Below are positions 40,079 to 61,714 of a stretch of DNA of 64,000 nt, piece after piece; position 1 is the first letter of the stretch; every line of letters begins with the position of its first letter. A program made the position numbers and the translations under genes. The notes below the pieces were generated by a model that was not told where the DNA came from, did not search any database, and saw only the letters and a program-made list of their open reading frames with translations. Source of the DNA: Candidatus Nealsonbacteria bacterium (GTDB lineage Bacteria > Patescibacteriota > Minisyncoccia > Minisyncoccales > CAZKCU01); the NCBI GenBank assembly GCA_047456305.1, contig CP179888.1, positions 116,421-180,420 of the forward strand, read 5' to 3'.

Positions 40079-40276
40079 ATGGAATGTTATTTTTGTCAGA
40101 GAAATATAAAAGAAATTGATTTTAGAGAAACAGAGATTCTTCGGAGATTTATTTCTGGCCTGGGAAAAATCAGGCCGAAAAAAAGAACCGGAGTTTGTTC
40201 TAGCCACCAAAGAAAACTTGCAAGAGCTATAAAAAGAGCAAGGCATTTGGGATTATTACCATATACAACAAAATAG
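40079..40276 (+). CDS. rpsR: 30S ribosomal protein S18
   Basis: CYFCQ...IDF..TEILRRFIS..GKI.PKKRTG.C..HQRKLARAIKRARHLGLLPY. Confidence 0.85.
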   Translation: MECYFCQRNIKEIDFRETEILRRFISGLGKIRPKKRTGVCSSHQRKLARAIKRARHLGLLPYTTK

Positions 40277-40283
40277 CTTAAAC

Positions 40284-40320
40284 AAAAAACGACCCATTGC
40301 TTAAAGTCGTTTTTGTTTTG
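40284..40320 (+). terminator. Intrinsic terminator after rpsR (aaaacgac-ccattgcttaaa-gtcgtttt + tgTTTTgg)
   Basis: 8-bp stem plus T-rich tail 10 nt after rpsR stop. Confidence 0.5.
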
Positions 40321-40368
40321 GTTTACCAAGCACATAATTTTGTTATGTGCTACGGTTTATTAGACCAT

Positions 40369-41385
40369 CTATACCGATTTCCTATTTTCTGTTATCGCTT
40401 TTTTAATTCCTTCAACTATCTTTTTAGTTATTTCCGGGTTTTCCTTTAAAAAAGTTCTGCTCTCTTCTATCCCCTGGCCTAATTTTGTATTCTCAAATTG
40501 AAACCAAGAACCGGCTTTTTTGACAATTTCATATTTTACTCCAGTATTTAAAATATCTGCAAATTTGGAAATTCCTTCATTGTAATAAATATCAAATTCG
40601 GTAGTTTTAAAAGGAGCGGCCACCTTATTTTTAACTATTTTTGCCTTAATCCTGCTGCCAATAATTTCATCCTTGTATTTTATCTGAGCTATTCTTCTTA
40701 AATTAATTCTTACTGAAGCGTAAAATTTTAAAGCTAATCCCCCAGGGGTTGTTTCTGGATTCCCCCACGTCTGACCAATTTTCATTCTGGTTTGATTTAA
40801 AAATATAACAGCTGTTTTTGTCTTAGCAACAATCCCGGAAAGTTTCCGACAGGCCTGACTCATCATTCTCGCTTGAAGTCCTATCTGAAATTCTCCCATC
40901 TCACCGGCAATTTCTGCTTTAGGAGTTAAGGCAGCCACTGAATCAATAACAATGACATCTACCTCCCCTGACCTAACTAAAGTTTCAACGATTTGGAGAG
41001 CCTGCTCCCCAGAGTCTGGTTGGGAAATTAAAAGGTCATCAACATTTACTCCGATTTTTCTGGCATAATCTGGGTCTAAGGCATGCTCAACATCAATAAA
41101 AGCAGCCACACCGCCTTTTTTTTGGGCCTCAGAACAAACATGCAAAGCTAAAGTACTTTTTCCAGTCGATTCAATCCCATAAATTTCAACCACTCTCCCT
41201 CTGGGGATTCCGCCTACTCCTAAAGCTAAATCTAAAGAAATTGCCCCGGTAGGAATAACATTAACATCAACAGGTCTTACCTCTTTTAGCTTCATAATCG
41301 CTCCTTCACCAAACCGCTGTTTGATTTCCTCCACCGCCTCTGCCAAATCCTTTTTCTCAGTATCTTGTTTTTTTTGTTTTGCCAT
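40369..41385 (-). CDS. recA: Recombinase RecA
   Basis: Walker [11 protein letters not shown]1/L2 loop regions. GNPETTPGG. Confidence 0.95.
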   Translation of the reverse strand: MAKQKKQDTEKKDLAEAVEEIKQRFGEGAIMKLKEVRPVDVNVIPTGAISLDLALGVGGIPRGRVVEIYGIESTGKSTLALHVCSEAQKKGGVAAFIDVEHALDPDYARKIGVNVDDLLISQPDSGEQALQIVETLVRSGEVDVIVIDSVAALTPKAEIAGEMGEFQIGLQARMMSQACRKLSGIVAKTKTAVIFLNQTRMKIGQTWGNPETTPGGLALKFYASVRINLRRIAQIKYKDEIIGSRIKAKIVKNKVAAPFKTTEFDIYYNEGISKFADILNTGVKYEIVKKAGSWFQFENTKLGQGIEESRTFLKENPEITKKIVEGIKKAITENRKSV

Positions 41386-41405
41386 AATTTTAGATTATCA
41401 CAACT

Positions 41406-43595
41406 TTAAAGTTTCTTCCAGTCATCTGACTCTTCCTCTTCTTCAGTCTTTATATAAACCTGGCGGGCTTTAGCCCCTTCTCCTGGTCCAACCACTCCCC
41501 TCGCTTCAAGTATATCAATAAGTCTTGCCGCCCTGGCATAACCAATCCGGAGATATCTTTGAAGTAAAGAAGCTGAGGCCTTTCTTGAACGAATCACTAA
41601 TTTTTTGGCCTCTTCATAAAGAGGATCTTCTCCCTTAAAAAAGGTTTCAGCCATTTCTCCGGTTTCATCCATTTCTCTTTTTTCTAACTCCGTTTTCAAA
41701 TTTTCTTCAAGTTCATTTTTAAAAATAGGAGGCATACCTTTTTTCTTGAAAAATTCCATTACCCTTTTTACCTCTCTCTCTGAAACATAAGCTCCCTGCA
41801 TTCTTCTTGGTTTAGCCGATTCAGCCGAAAGATACAAAAGGTCTCCTAATCCCAAAAGTTTTTCTGCTCCGGCCATATCTAAAATTGTCCTTGAATCAAC
41901 TTGAGAAGCGACCTGGAAGGCAATCCTTGAGGTTATGTTAGCTTTAATTAAGCCGGTAATTACTTCAACCGAGGGCCGCTGAGTAGCAACTACCAGATGG
42001 ATGCCAACCGCTCTAGCCATCTGAGCCAATCTAACAATTCCAGCTTCAACTTCTTTACCTCTGGCAGCCATTAAATCAGCTAACTCGTCAATAATTAAAA
42101 TAATATAAGGCATTAAACGGTCGCCCTTTTTTAAAACTGCTTCATTATAAAGAGTGATATCTCGAGTTTTCGTCTCGGCCAAAATTTCAAACCTTCTTTC
42201 CATCTCTAAGGTTAACCATTTTAATACATTTATCGTTTTTTGGGCATTATAAATTACCGGGGTTAAAAGGTGGGGGAAATCTTGATAGACTGGAAATTCC
42301 ACTCTTTTGGGGTCAATTAAAATAAATCTTAAAATCTCCGGTCCATTTCGATAAAGGAGACTCAAAATTAAAGAGTTTAAATAAATTGTCTTTCCAGTAC
42401 CCGTCGCGCCTGCAACTAAAAGATGGGGCATCCTTCCTAAATCTGTAAAAACAGCCTTCCCGGTTACATCTTTCCCTAAGGTAATGGCTAAATTCGAAGG
42501 ATGATTTTGAAATTCAGGAAGAGAAAAAAGATTTTTCAGTCTTACCCTCGTTCGGATTTTGTTTGGAACCTCAATTCCCACTAAGGGTTTGCCAGGAATA
42601 GGAGCTTCAATTCTAATAGGATGAGCGGCCAGGGCTAAGGAAAGATCATTACTTAAAGCGGTAATTTTTGATAATTTTACTCCTTCAGCTGGCTTTAAGG
42701 TATATTGAGCAACAGTGGGGCCAATGTTTACTTCGGACATCTCTACTGGAATATCAAAATTTTGTAAAGTTTTTTTAATGATTGCCGAATTTACTTTGAT
42801 ATCACCACTGGAAGGTTCCCCGCTATCTGACTCAAGTAAATCCAGAGGCGGAGACTGATAGCCTGCCAGACTAGAAATTACAGAAGGTTCCAAAGCTTTA
42901 GTTTTTAACTCCGGAAAGACGGGCTGAGGTTCAGCTTTTTCCGTCTCTTTGGGAGCAAAGGGCGGGATTTCTTTTACCTTAAATTTTGGCCTAAAAATTC
43001 TTTTAATAAAAGAAGGTCTAGAAGGTTCTTTTTCCAGAACTTTTTCTTCGGTTTTTGAAGGGATAGGTTGTTTTAAAAATTGCCAGAAAATTAAGCCCCC
43101 GATAATAATTAGAACTCCAGATATAATTTGAGTTACCCAAAAACCAAATAATTTAATCAAGGATAAGCTAAAAATATAACCTATCCACCCCCCTTCCCCC
43201 TGTCCTATTCCAGGCTTAACTGGGGCGAGTTTTTGGTCCGAATTTAGGCTCCCCAAAATTCCAGAAATTCCCAAAACCAAAAGTAAAATTGCTAAAATTA
43301 CCGGCAATAAAAATTTTTTGTATTTGGTGGTTAAAAATACCCCACCGGCTATTAGAAAAATCAAAGGAATTATAAAAACTGTCTTTCCTATTAAAAAAGT
43401 AAGTCCTTTTATTAGAGCTTTCCCGGCTATCCCGGCTTTATCCGCAAAAGAAAATATCAGAATTATTGCTACTAACAAAAGTAAAATTCCCAAAATCCAT
43501 CTTTTGGTTCTCCCGGACAAAGCGGAGAGGTAGCCTGGATTCCTTGTTCTTCTAAAGGTTTTTCTATTCTTTTTTTGATTTTTCTTTTTAGCCAT
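41406..43595 (-). CDS. ftsK: DNA translocase FtsK/SpoIIIE
   Basis: N-terminal TM helices. Walker A LLVAGATGTGKT. C-terminal winged-helix gamma domain LLQRYLRIGYARAARLIDILEARGVV. Confidence 0.9.
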   Translation of the reverse strand: MAKKKNQKKNRKTFRRTRNPGYLSALSGRTKRWILGILLLLVAIILIFSFADKAGIAGKALIKGLTFLIGKTVFIIPLIFLIAGGVFLTTKYKKFLLPVILAILLLVLGISGILGSLNSDQKLAPVKPGIGQGEGGWIGYIFSLSLIKLFGFWVTQIISGVLIIIGGLIFWQFLKQPIPSKTEEKVLEKEPSRPSFIKRIFRPKFKVKEIPPFAPKETEKAEPQPVFPELKTKALEPSVISSLAGYQSPPLDLLESDSGEPSSGDIKVNSAIIKKTLQNFDIPVEMSEVNIGPTVAQYTLKPAEGVKLSKITALSNDLSLALAAHPIRIEAPIPGKPLVGIEVPNKIRTRVRLKNLFSLPEFQNHPSNLAITLGKDVTGKAVFTDLGRMPHLLVAGATGTGKTIYLNSLILSLLYRNGPEILRFILIDPKRVEFPVYQDFPHLLTPVIYNAQKTINVLKWLTLEMERRFEILAETKTRDITLYNEAVLKKGDRLMPYIILIIDELADLMAARGKEVEAGIVRLAQMARAVGIHLVVATQRPSVEVITGLIKANITSRIAFQVASQVDSRTILDMAGAEKLLGLGDLLYLSAESAKPRRMQGAYVSEREVKRVMEFFKKKGMPPIFKNELEENLKTELEKREMDETGEMAETFFKGEDPLYEEAKKLVIRSRKASASLLQRYLRIGYARAARLIDILEARGVVGPGEGAKARQVYIKTEEEEESDDWKKL

Positions 43596-43619
43596 CTTCT
43601 TTTATTATATCATTTCTGA

Positions 43620-46600
43620 CTATTTCTTAAATTTCTTAAAACCCGTTCCAGCTGGTATAAGCTTACCAATAATAACATTTTCTTTTAACCCACGGAGTTT
43701 ATCTTCTTTTCCTTCGATTGCAGCTCTAATCAAAACTCTTGAAGTTTCCTGAAAGGAGGCAGCCGATAAAAAGGAATCGGTAGTTAAAGCTACCCTCGAA
43801 ATTCCAAGCAAAATGGGGGTAGCTGTCGCCGGTTTTTTTCTTTCTTTTTTCAAAGCAGAATTTATTTCTAAAAATTTCGCCCTCTCAATAATCTCGCCAA
43901 GAGTAAAAAAACTTTGACCAACATCTTTAATTTTTAACCTCGAGAACATCTGCCGAACTATTACCTCAATATGTTTATCATGAATGATTGCTCCCTGAGA
44001 AACATAAATTTTTTGAATCTCATTAATAATATAATGTTGGGTTTCTTTAGTCCCGCCTATTTTAAATAACTCTTTTAAATCTAAACTTCCTTCACAAAGT
44101 TGCTGACCCGCTTTGATATCCTGGCCAGGTTTCACCCAGATAGCCATTTTCGGCGGTATTTGATATTCAACAATTTCAGCTTTTTTAGTAGCTCCCCCCG
44201 GATTATTACTTTTGATTTTTATAACTCTCTCTGGGGTTATCTTTAATACTTTTCCTCCAATCTGGGAAATTTGGGCCCTTCCTCCAGGTTCCCTGGCTTC
44301 AAAAATCTCCTGAACTCTAGGAAGACCAAAAGTTATATCTCCCCCACCTGCTACTCCTCCAGTATGAAAAGTTCTCATGGTCAACTGGGTACCTGGTTCT
44401 CCAATGGCCTGGGCAGCCACAATTCCCACCGCTTCCCCTAATTTAACCAATTGATTTATGCCAAGATCCCAACCATAACATTTTTGACAAATCCCCCTGA
44501 CGGATTTACAGCTTATTGGAGAACGTAATCTGACTTTCTCAACCCCGGCTGCTACTATTTGTTCAGCCTTCTTCCAATCAATAATCTCTCCTTTTTTAAC
44601 AATGGTCTTAAAGGTTGCCCTTTTCCCTGTAGGGACCTCCAGCTTAAATCTTACATTTTCTAATGATATTCTTCCCAAAATCTTAAAAAGAAAATTTTGA
44701 CCAATATCTTCAGCATCTTGTCTAAATATTTCAATTCCTGCCAGGTCCCGGCAATCTTCCTCTCTAATCACCATTTCATGAGAGACATCGACAAGGCGCC
44801 TGGTTAGGTAACCTGCAGTGGAAGTTCTTAAAGCAGTATCTGCTGTCCCTTTTCTTGCCCCATGGGTAGAAATAAAGTATTCCAAGACATCAAATCCTTC
44901 TTTAAAAGAACTTTTCACCGGAAGCTTAATAGTTTGTCCGGCTGGGTTAGTAACTAAACCTTTCATTCCTGCCATCTGAATTGGTTGAACCCAAGAACCT
45001 CGGGCCCCGGAATCTACGATTTGGAAGACCGGACCTGTTTCTGGTAAAGTTTGAGGTACCAATTTTTCAATTTCTGATTTTGCCTTCAGCCAAACCTCAA
45101 TAACTTTATTGGTTTCTTCTTCTTTAGAAAAAAGACCAGTTTTGTAATAGTTATTAATCTGCTCTACCTCTTTTTCAGCTGTTTCAATAATTTTTTTCTT
45201 TAAGGGAGGAATAATTAAATCGTCCATCCCCCAGGATATTCCAGAAATAGTAGCTCCCTCAAATCCTAAATCTTTAATTTTATCCAAAGTTTTCCAAGGT
45301 ATCTCCTGCCCATATTTTTCAATAATTTCCCTTAAGAGCGTCTCTAATTTTTTAGAATTCATAACTTTGTTTTGAAAAGGAAAATTTTCCGGTAAAGTTT
45401 CATTGAATAAAATTCTTCCTACAGACGTCTCTATAAACTTTGCCAGATGATGCGGCCCTCTACTGACTTCCTCTGCTATTCTGACTTTTATCTTGGCTTT
45501 TATATTGATTTGGCCAAACTCATAGGCGAGTTCTGCCTCCTCTGGAGAACCAAAAATCTTCCCTTCGCCTTTTAATCCCTCAACAATTTTTGTTAGCCAA
45601 TAGCAGCCTAAAATAATATCCTGGGTAGGAGTGACAATTGGAACACCAGTAGCTGGTTTCAATAGATTGAGAGTAGATAACATTATTTGTTTCGCTTCCT
45701 GCTGAGCCTCTTCTGATAAAGGAAGATGAACTGCCATCTGATCTCCGTCAAAATCGGCATTAAAGGCCTCACAGACCATTGGATGAATTTTAATTGATTC
45801 TCCCTCGATTAAAACTGGCCTGAAGGCCTGAATTCCTAATCTGTGCAAAGTCGGAGCCCGATTTAATAATACAAATTTATTTTTGACTACCTCTTCTAAA
45901 GCCGCCCAGACTTCATCTGTTTCTGTCTCAATTAATCTTGTAGCTCCCCTAACATTATAGGCAAGTTCTCTATCCAAAATTTTCTTAATAATAAAGGGTT
46001 TAAAGAGCTCCAGGGCCATCTTTTTGGGAAGTCCGCACTGGTCGAGCTTCAACTCAGGGCCAACGACAATTACCGACCTTCCAGAATAATCAACTCTCTT
46101 TCCTAAAAGATTCTGTCTAAACCTACCCTGCTTTCCCTTAAGCATATCAGACAAAGATTTCAAAAGCCTTCTGCCGCCGGTAGTGGCCTGGGTTACTGTT
46201 CCTTTTCTCATTCCATTGTCAATTAAAGCATCCACTGCTTCCTGAAGCATTCTTTTTTCATTTCTAACAATAACTTCCGGGGCATCAATTTCCAAAAGAT
46301 AGCGGAGCCGATTATTTCGATTAATTACCCTCCGGTAAAGATCATTTAAGTCAGAGGAGGCGTATCTTCCGCCATCAAGTTGAACCATTGGTCTTAAATC
46401 CGGGGGCAATACCGGTAAAACAGTCAGAAACATCCATTCTGGTCGGAGGCCGGTCCTTTCCATTCCTTGAAAAATTTTTAATCTTCTTAAAACTTTTCTT
46501 TTAGTTGGGGAACTAGTTTTCTTTAATTCGTCTTTCAATAAATTTATCTCTTTTTTAAGGTCAACTTTCTCAAAAATTTTCCTCAGGGTCTCTGCCCCTG

Positions 46601-47276
46601 TACCAGCTTCAAAACACTCCCCATATTTAAAAGAAAATTTATGAAATTCAATTTCAGATAAGATTTTCAAAGGCTTGAAAGAAAGCACTTCTTCTCTTGC
46701 TCTATCTCTTGCCGCCTTTAATTCAGTCATAGAAGCCTTAGTAGTCCCAAAACCTTTTACAGCTTTAGGGCTCTTCTGGCTCTTCTGGCTTTTAAGGCTC
46801 TTAACTTTCATCTTGTATTCTGCCTCAATTTTTTTCAGAACTTTTTTCTTAGCTTCCTCTGAAACACTGGTTATAATGTAGGCGGCGAAATAAATTACCC
46901 CTTCTAATTGATGAGCTGGGATATCCAAAATCATTCCCATTCGGGAGGGCACCCCTCTTAAAAACCAGATATGAGAACAAGGAGTTGCCAATTTAATATG
47001 GCCCATCCATTCTCGTCTGACTGAAGATTTCGTTACTTCCACTCCGCATCGGTCACAAATTACTCCTTTATAACGAATTTTTCGGTATTTTCCGCAATAA
47101 CATTCGTAATCTTTTTCCGGCCCAAAAATTTTTTGACAAAAAAGGCCGTCCTTCTCTGACTTTTGAGTCCGGTAGTTAATGGTTTCAGGTTTGGTAACTT
47201 CACCATGGGACCAGCCCAAAATCTCCTCTGGCGAGGCTAATTTTATTCGAATTGATTCTAAATCTGCTACACGCAT
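43620..47276 (-). CDS. rpoC: DNA-directed RNA polymerase subunit beta prime
   Basis: Zn finger CxxC...C...C near N-terminus. Catalytic NADFDGDQM. Bridge helix/trigger loop regions. 1218 aa. Confidence 0.95.
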   Translation of the reverse strand: MRVADLESIRIKLASPEEILGWSHGEVTKPETINYRTQKSEKDGLFCQKIFGPEKDYECYCGKYRKIRYKGVICDRCGVEVTKSSVRREWMGHIKLATPCSHIWFLRGVPSRMGMILDIPAHQLEGVIYFAAYIITSVSEEAKKKVLKKIEAEYKMKVKSLKSQKSQKSPKAVKGFGTTKASMTELKAARDRAREEVLSFKPLKILSEIEFHKFSFKYGECFEAGTGAETLRKIFEKVDLKKEINLLKDELKKTSSPTKRKVLRRLKIFQGMERTGLRPEWMFLTVLPVLPPDLRPMVQLDGGRYASSDLNDLYRRVINRNNRLRYLLEIDAPEVIVRNEKRMLQEAVDALIDNGMRKGTVTQATTGGRRLLKSLSDMLKGKQGRFRQNLLGKRVDYSGRSVIVVGPELKLDQCGLPKKMALELFKPFIIKKILDRELAYNVRGATRLIETETDEVWAALEEVVKNKFVLLNRAPTLHRLGIQAFRPVLIEGESIKIHPMVCEAFNADFDGDQMAVHLPLSEEAQQEAKQIMLSTLNLLKPATGVPIVTPTQDIILGCYWLTKIVEGLKGEGKIFGSPEEAELAYEFGQINIKAKIKVRIAEEVSRGPHHLAKFIETSVGRILFNETLPENFPFQNKVMNSKKLETLLREIIEKYGQEIPWKTLDKIKDLGFEGATISGISWGMDDLIIPPLKKKIIETAEKEVEQINNYYKTGLFSKEEETNKVIEVWLKAKSEIEKLVPQTLPETGPVFQIVDSGARGSWVQPIQMAGMKGLVTNPAGQTIKLPVKSSFKEGFDVLEYFISTHGARKGTADTALRTSTAGYLTRRLVDVSHEMVIREEDCRDLAGIEIFRQDAEDIGQNFLFKILGRISLENVRFKLEVPTGKRATFKTIVKKGEIIDWKKAEQIVAAGVEKVRLRSPISCKSVRGICQKCYGWDLGINQLVKLGEAVGIVAAQAIGEPGTQLTMRTFHTGGVAGGGDITFGLPRVQEIFEAREPGGRAQISQIGGKVLKITPERVIKIKSNNPGGATKKAEIVEYQIPPKMAIWVKPGQDIKAGQQLCEGSLDLKELFKIGGTKETQHYIINEIQKIYVSQGAIIHDKHIEVIVRQMFSRLKIKDVGQSFFTLGEIIERAKFLEINSALKKERKKPATATPILLGISRVALTTDSFLSAASFQETSRVLIRAAIEGKEDKLRGLKENVIIGKLIPAGTGFKKFKK

Positions 47277-47290
47277 AAAATTAATAGATG

Positions 47291-50200
47291 TTATTTTGTT
47301 TCTTCTTTTTTCTTTTCTTTTACTTCTATGCTTAATCCTATTGCTTTTAATTCACTAATCAATAAATTAAACGAGGCCGGGACATTAGGATTTCTGATTG
47401 GTTCTCCTTTTAATATTGCCTCGTAGGTAGCTGCTCTCCCCATAACATCATCAGATTTTATAGTCAGCATTTCCTGAAGAGTATGAGCTGCGCCATAACC
47501 TTCCAATGCCCAGGCTTCCATTTCGCCAAATCGCTGACCGCCAAATTGGGCTTTTCCTCCTAAGGGCTGTTGGGTAATCAGAGAATAAGGACCAATCGAG
47601 CGCATATGGATTTTATCTTTAACCATATGGATTAATTTCATCATATAGATATAACCTATGGTAATTTTTTCAGGAAAAGGAAGGCCTGTTCTTCCGTCAA
47701 ATAATCTAACCTTTCCATCTTCGGGAAGACCGGCCATCTTGAGTTCTTCTTTTATGTCTTTTTCATTAGCCCCTGCCAAAGCCGGGGAAATGGCAATATA
47801 GCCCATTTTTTTGGCTGCAAAAGACAGATGAGTCTCTAAAATTTGGCCGATATTCATTCTCGAAACAACACCTAAGGGATTTAAAATTATATCAATCGGA
47901 GTTCCATCTTCCATAAATGGCATTTCCTCAATTGGTAGAACTTTAGAAACTACCCCTTTGTTCCCATGGCGACCGGCTAACTTATCACCTGATTGAATTT
48001 TCCGAATCTCGGCCACCTCCACCTCAATTCTTTTTATAACCCCGGGCTCCAACTTATAACCAAGGTCTCTGGAAAAAACCTTTATCCCTACTACTCTTCC
48101 CCTCTTTCCATGTTCCATACTTAATGAGGTATCCTTTACCTCCCTGGCTTTTTCTCCAAAAATTGCCCTTAATAACCTTTCTTCAGCAGTTAAATCTGCC
48201 TCTCCTTTTGGTGAAATTTTCCCCACTAAAATAGCATTGGGGCCAACTTCTGCTCCAATCCTGACAATTCCCTCCTCGTCTAAATCTTTTAATTTCTCTT
48301 CTGAAACATTAGGAATATCAGAGGTAGTGATTTCTGGCCCCAATTTTGTCTCTCTAACATCGCAGCTAAAGCTCTCAATATGAATTGAGGTATAGGCATC
48401 ATCTTTTACCAATCTCTCTGAAATTAAAATCGCATCTTCAAAATTCCCTCCCCGCCAGGAAAGAAAGGCCACTAAAATATTTTCCCCTAAAGCCAGGTAT
48501 CCCTGAGACATTGCTCCTCCGTCAGCCAAAAGATCTCCCTTTTTAATCTTTTGACCCTTTTTCACTACTGGTTTTTGGTGAAAACAAGTATATTGGTTAG
48601 TTCTAATAAAAGTTCTCAAAGGATAACTTTTGCTTGCCCCGTAGGGTCGCCCGATGGCGACTCCTTTGGGGACTTTGGACCTTTGACCTTTGACTTCAAT
48701 ATGGTTGGCGTCTACTTCAATTACTACTCCGTCTTCTTTGGCAATCACTCCCTGGCCAGAGTCCCTGGCTATTCTTTCTTCCACTCCAGCACAAACTAAA
48801 GGGGGTTCTGGTTTTATTAAGGGAACTGACTGTCTCTGCATATTTGATCCCATCAATGCCCGGTTGGCATCATTGTTTTGTAGAAAAGGAATGCAAGATG
48901 CCCCAATTGAAATAGATTGCTCAGAAGAAACGTCAATAAAGTCAATTTTCTCTCTATCTGCCAGCCCTGGCTCACTTTTTATTCTTGCCTCAACTTTTTG
49001 AGGCAAGATATTACCTTTTTCATCTATTGGCACAGCTCCCGAGGCAATATTATATTTCTCTTCTTCATAGGCATTAAGATAATAAATTTCTGAGGTCACC
49101 TTTCCTGCTTTTACTTTAAAATAAGGAGTCTCGATAAAACCGTAGGGATTAATCCTGGCGAAAGAAGCCAAATGACCGACCAATCCGATATTTGGTCCTT
49201 CTGGAGTTTGGATAGGGCAGATTCTTCCATAATGAGAGGGCTGAACATCCCTTACCTCAAATCCAGCTCTTTCTCGGGTCAGACCTCCCGGCCCGGTTGC
49301 CGACAACCTTCTTTTATGTTCTAACTCAGCCAGAGGATTTTCATTATCCATAAATTGGGACATCTGGGAGGAGGTGAAAAATTCCTTGATGACAGCCATA
49401 ACCGGACGGGGGTTAATGAGTTGAACCGGAGTTAAGGTATAAATATCTAAAGTTGACATTCGGTCTTTAATATTCCTTTCCATGCGCATTAACCCTACTC
49501 TTATCCTGTTTTGCAAGAGCTCATCTAAAGTTCTTACCCTTCTATTCCCTAAATGGTCAATCTGATCTGGCTTTCCATTTGGGTCATTGTTAAGACGGAT
49601 TATCTCTCGAATAACCGCCACCACATCCTCTGGTTTCAGAACTCTATCTTGCACCCTAATTTTCTCCTCGCCGCGGAGTGCCGGTAATTTCTGTCTCATT
49701 CGCCACCTTCCCACTTTTGACAAATCATATCTTCCAAAGTTAAAAAACATGTTCTCAATCAACTCACGAGCTGTATCAGGGGTAACCACATCGCCAGGCC
49801 TTAATCTTTGATAAACTTCAACCAAGGCCTCAGCTTGATTATGAGTTAAATCTTTCTTTAAAGTTTCCTCAATATATTTAACCTCTCCAGTGTCTACGTC
49901 TCGGAACAATTCTTTTATCGCTTCATTTTTATCTTTATCCTTGTCAAAAGCTCTTAATAAGGTGGTAGCTGGGGCCTTTCTTTTTCTATCAATTTTTACT
50001 CCAATAAAACCAGAAGGGTCTGACTCAAATTCCAGCCAGGACCCTCGATTGGGAATAATTTTCGCTCCAAAGTAATCTTTACCCTGCAGAGACTGGCTAC
50101 TAAAAAAGACTCCGGGGGAACGAATAAGTTGGGAAATTACCACCCTTTCCACTCCATTAACAACAAAAGTTCCCCTTTCAGTCATTAAGGGGAAATCAGT

Positions 50201-50521
50201 TAAAAAAACCTCTTGCTCTTTAATTTCTCCGGTCTTAAGATTGACTAATTTCACTACCACCCTCAAGGCAGCTTCATAGGAATCATTGTTCTGTTTTGCC
50301 TCAAAATCAGTTTTATATTTAGGCGTATCTAATTTATAATCTAAAAACCAAAGCTCTAACTCTTTTTTGGTATAGTCCCTGATTGGAGAAATTTCAGAAA
50401 AAAGCTCTTTTAAACCTTCAGTCCAAAACCTTTCCCAGCTTTCTTTTTGGAGAGTAAATAAAAAAGGTAAATCTAAGGAAACCTTTGATTTTGAGAAACT
50501 TTTTGTTTTTATTTCCGCCAT
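47291..50521 (-). CDS. rpoB: DNA-directed RNA polymerase subunit beta
   Basis: Rif-region-like SQLSQFMDQNNPL variant ([13 protein letters not shown]). C-terminal conserved [19 protein letters not shown]. 1076 aa. rpoB-rpoC order. Confidence 0.95.
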   Translation of the reverse strand: MAEIKTKSFSKSKVSLDLPFLFTLQKESWERFWTEGLKELFSEISPIRDYTKKELELWFLDYKLDTPKYKTDFEAKQNNDSYEAALRVVVKLVNLKTGEIKEQEVFLTDFPLMTERGTFVVNGVERVVISQLIRSPGVFFSSQSLQGKDYFGAKIIPNRGSWLEFESDPSGFIGVKIDRKRKAPATTLLRAFDKDKDKNEAIKELFRDVDTGEVKYIEETLKKDLTHNQAEALVEVYQRLRPGDVVTPDTARELIENMFFNFGRYDLSKVGRWRMRQKLPALRGEEKIRVQDRVLKPEDVVAVIREIIRLNNDPNGKPDQIDHLGNRRVRTLDELLQNRIRVGLMRMERNIKDRMSTLDIYTLTPVQLINPRPVMAVIKEFFTSSQMSQFMDNENPLAELEHKRRLSATGPGGLTRERAGFEVRDVQPSHYGRICPIQTPEGPNIGLVGHLASFARINPYGFIETPYFKVKAGKVTSEIYYLNAYEEEKYNIASGAVPIDEKGNILPQKVEARIKSEPGLADREKIDFIDVSSEQSISIGASCIPFLQNNDANRALMGSNMQRQSVPLIKPEPPLVCAGVEERIARDSGQGVIAKEDGVVIEVDANHIEVKGQRSKVPKGVAIGRPYGASKSYPLRTFIRTNQYTCFHQKPVVKKGQKIKKGDLLADGGAMSQGYLALGENILVAFLSWRGGNFEDAILISERLVKDDAYTSIHIESFSCDVRETKLGPEITTSDIPNVSEEKLKDLDEEGIVRIGAEVGPNAILVGKISPKGEADLTAEERLLRAIFGEKAREVKDTSLSMEHGKRGRVVGIKVFSRDLGYKLEPGVIKRIEVEVAEIRKIQSGDKLAGRHGNKGVVSKVLPIEEMPFMEDGTPIDIILNPLGVVSRMNIGQILETHLSFAAKKMGYIAISPALAGANEKDIKEELKMAGLPEDGKVRLFDGRTGLPFPEKITIGYIYMMKLIHMVKDKIHMRSIGPYSLITQQPLGGKAQFGGQRFGEMEAWALEGYGAAHTLQEMLTIKSDDVMGRAATYEAILKGEPIRNPNVPASFNLLISELKAIGLSIEVKEKKKEETK

Positions 50522-50686
50522 AAAATTTAAAAATACCCTAAGCTCCTGTTTTTTAGGGTCATATCTTTTATTTAATTTTTTAAGCGAAAAAAATCAAAGT
50601 GAGGAAAATTAAAATACTAAAAATTGTGATTTTTAAAATCGCTTTTAATTTTATCCCCCTTTCAGAAAAAAGTCAAGCTCCGCTCA

Positions 50687-50713
50687 ATCTATTGATTTCG
50701 TAAATCAATAGAG
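50687..50713. promoter_or_regulatory. Near-perfect AT-rich palindrome tctattgattt-cgt-aaatcaataga ~170 nt upstream of rpoB start; candidate operator
   Basis: Seen directly. 11-bp arms, no GC, so unlikely to be a terminator. Confidence 0.3.
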
Positions 50714-50730
50714 TAAAAATAGGATAAAAA

Positions 50731-60382
<9,652 letters not shown>

Positions 60383-60605
60383 TTACACTTAAAACACTGA
60401 ATTTTTGGCTGATTTCACGGAGCCTTCTTTTTTTTATTTGTACAGGAATTTAAAGGAACCCTTCGCTTCGCTTACTGTAATTTGCTTCGCAAATTAAACA
60501 AGAATATCCTCTCGCTTGTCCACATAGATTACTCTATTTTCTTATATCCAGGAAAGCCTGTCAAGACCTAAGCTGTGGATAAACTATCGGCTACCAAATA
60601 TACAG

Positions 60606-61694
60606 CTACTGGCTTTTAATACTCTGCAATATACCTAAACCAACAAAAGTCATAATCAAAGAAGAACCCCCATAACTTACTAAAGGAAGAGGAATTCCTA
60701 TTATCGGTAAAATTCCAAGGTTCATGCCGATATTGATAAAAACTTGAGAGATTAAAATAATAGCAAGGCCGGTACCAAAAAGTCGAGGAAAATTACTAGT
60801 TGCCGATAGGGTAATTTTTATTATCCGCCAGATTAGAAGAGAAAATAAAAAGAATAAAATTCCTACTCCAATCAGACCAAATTCTTCAGCAATAGCTGCA
60901 AAAATAAAATCGGTCTGGGGTTCGGGTAAAAAACCATATTGAGTCTGAGAACCTTGTCCTAAACCTTGGCCAAAAATTCCACCAGAACCTATGGCAATTT
61001 TTGCTTGAGTCTGCGACCAGGCCCCTCCTAAGGGTTCAATTTGGGGCATAATAAAATTTATAATTCTTGCTTTCTGATAATCTTTTAAAAAAGCTGACCA
61101 GCCTAAAATTAGAACTAAGACACCACAGAGGCAAAGGATTAAAAAATGGCGGATTTTTATCCCAGATATAAGTAAAATTCCTATCCATAGAACGATTAAA
61201 ATTAAAATTGAGCCCAGGTCTGGTTGAAAAAAAATTAAAAGAGTTGGTATTAAAACATAGAATCCAGAAAGAAGAATGTGCCTTATCCGATACATCTCAA
61301 TATGTCTCCCTGAAAAATATTTGGCTAATAAAATTATTAAAACAATTTTAGTAAACTCTATTGGATCAATCGAAATCGGGCCAACTTTGTACCAGGACCT
61401 TGTTCCTCTAATTTCTGGCGCGAAAAAAAATAAGCCAGCTAGGGAAACCAAACAGACAAAATAGAGAATTAAAATTAGGTAAGAATCTTCTCTTAAAGTT
61501 CTCCAATCAAGAAAACTCAGGCCCATCATTAAAAAAAATCCTCCTCCAAAAAAAATAATCTGCTTTTTAAAATTCAAAAAATCTCCCTGACCAAGGGAAC
61601 TGCTATAGAGGGATAAAAGACCAATCCCCACCAGCAATAGTGTGGAAGTAATTAAAATCCAGTCTAATTTTTTAAGATGCCTGAATATTCCCAT
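60606..61694 (-). CDS. ftsW: SEDS-family peptidoglycan glycosyltransferase (FtsW/RodA)
   Basis: About 10 TM. Conserved periplasmic loop GGAWSQTQAKIAIGSGGIFGQGLGQGSQT and PEPQTDFIFAAIAEEFG. Confidence 0.85.
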   Translation of the reverse strand: MGIFRHLKKLDWILITSTLLLVGIGLLSLYSSSLGQGDFLNFKKQIIFFGGGFFLMMGLSFLDWRTLREDSYLILILYFVCLVSLAGLFFFAPEIRGTRSWYKVGPISIDPIEFTKIVLIILLAKYFSGRHIEMYRIRHILLSGFYVLIPTLLIFFQPDLGSILILIVLWIGILLISGIKIRHFLILCLCGVLVLILGWSAFLKDYQKARIINFIMPQIEPLGGAWSQTQAKIAIGSGGIFGQGLGQGSQTQYGFLPEPQTDFIFAAIAEEFGLIGVGILFFLFSLLIWRIIKITLSATSNFPRLFGTGLAIILISQVFINIGMNLGILPIIGIPLPLVSYGGSSLIMTFVGLGILQSIKSQ

Positions 61695-61714
61695 TTAACT
61701 TAAACTTTAATTAG

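Noticed and set aside
50687-50713. Palindrome upstream of rpoB as an intrinsic terminator for the preceding gene
   Set aside because: The stem is entirely A/T and there is no adjacent T-run on the relevant strand. An operator-like role is more plausible.
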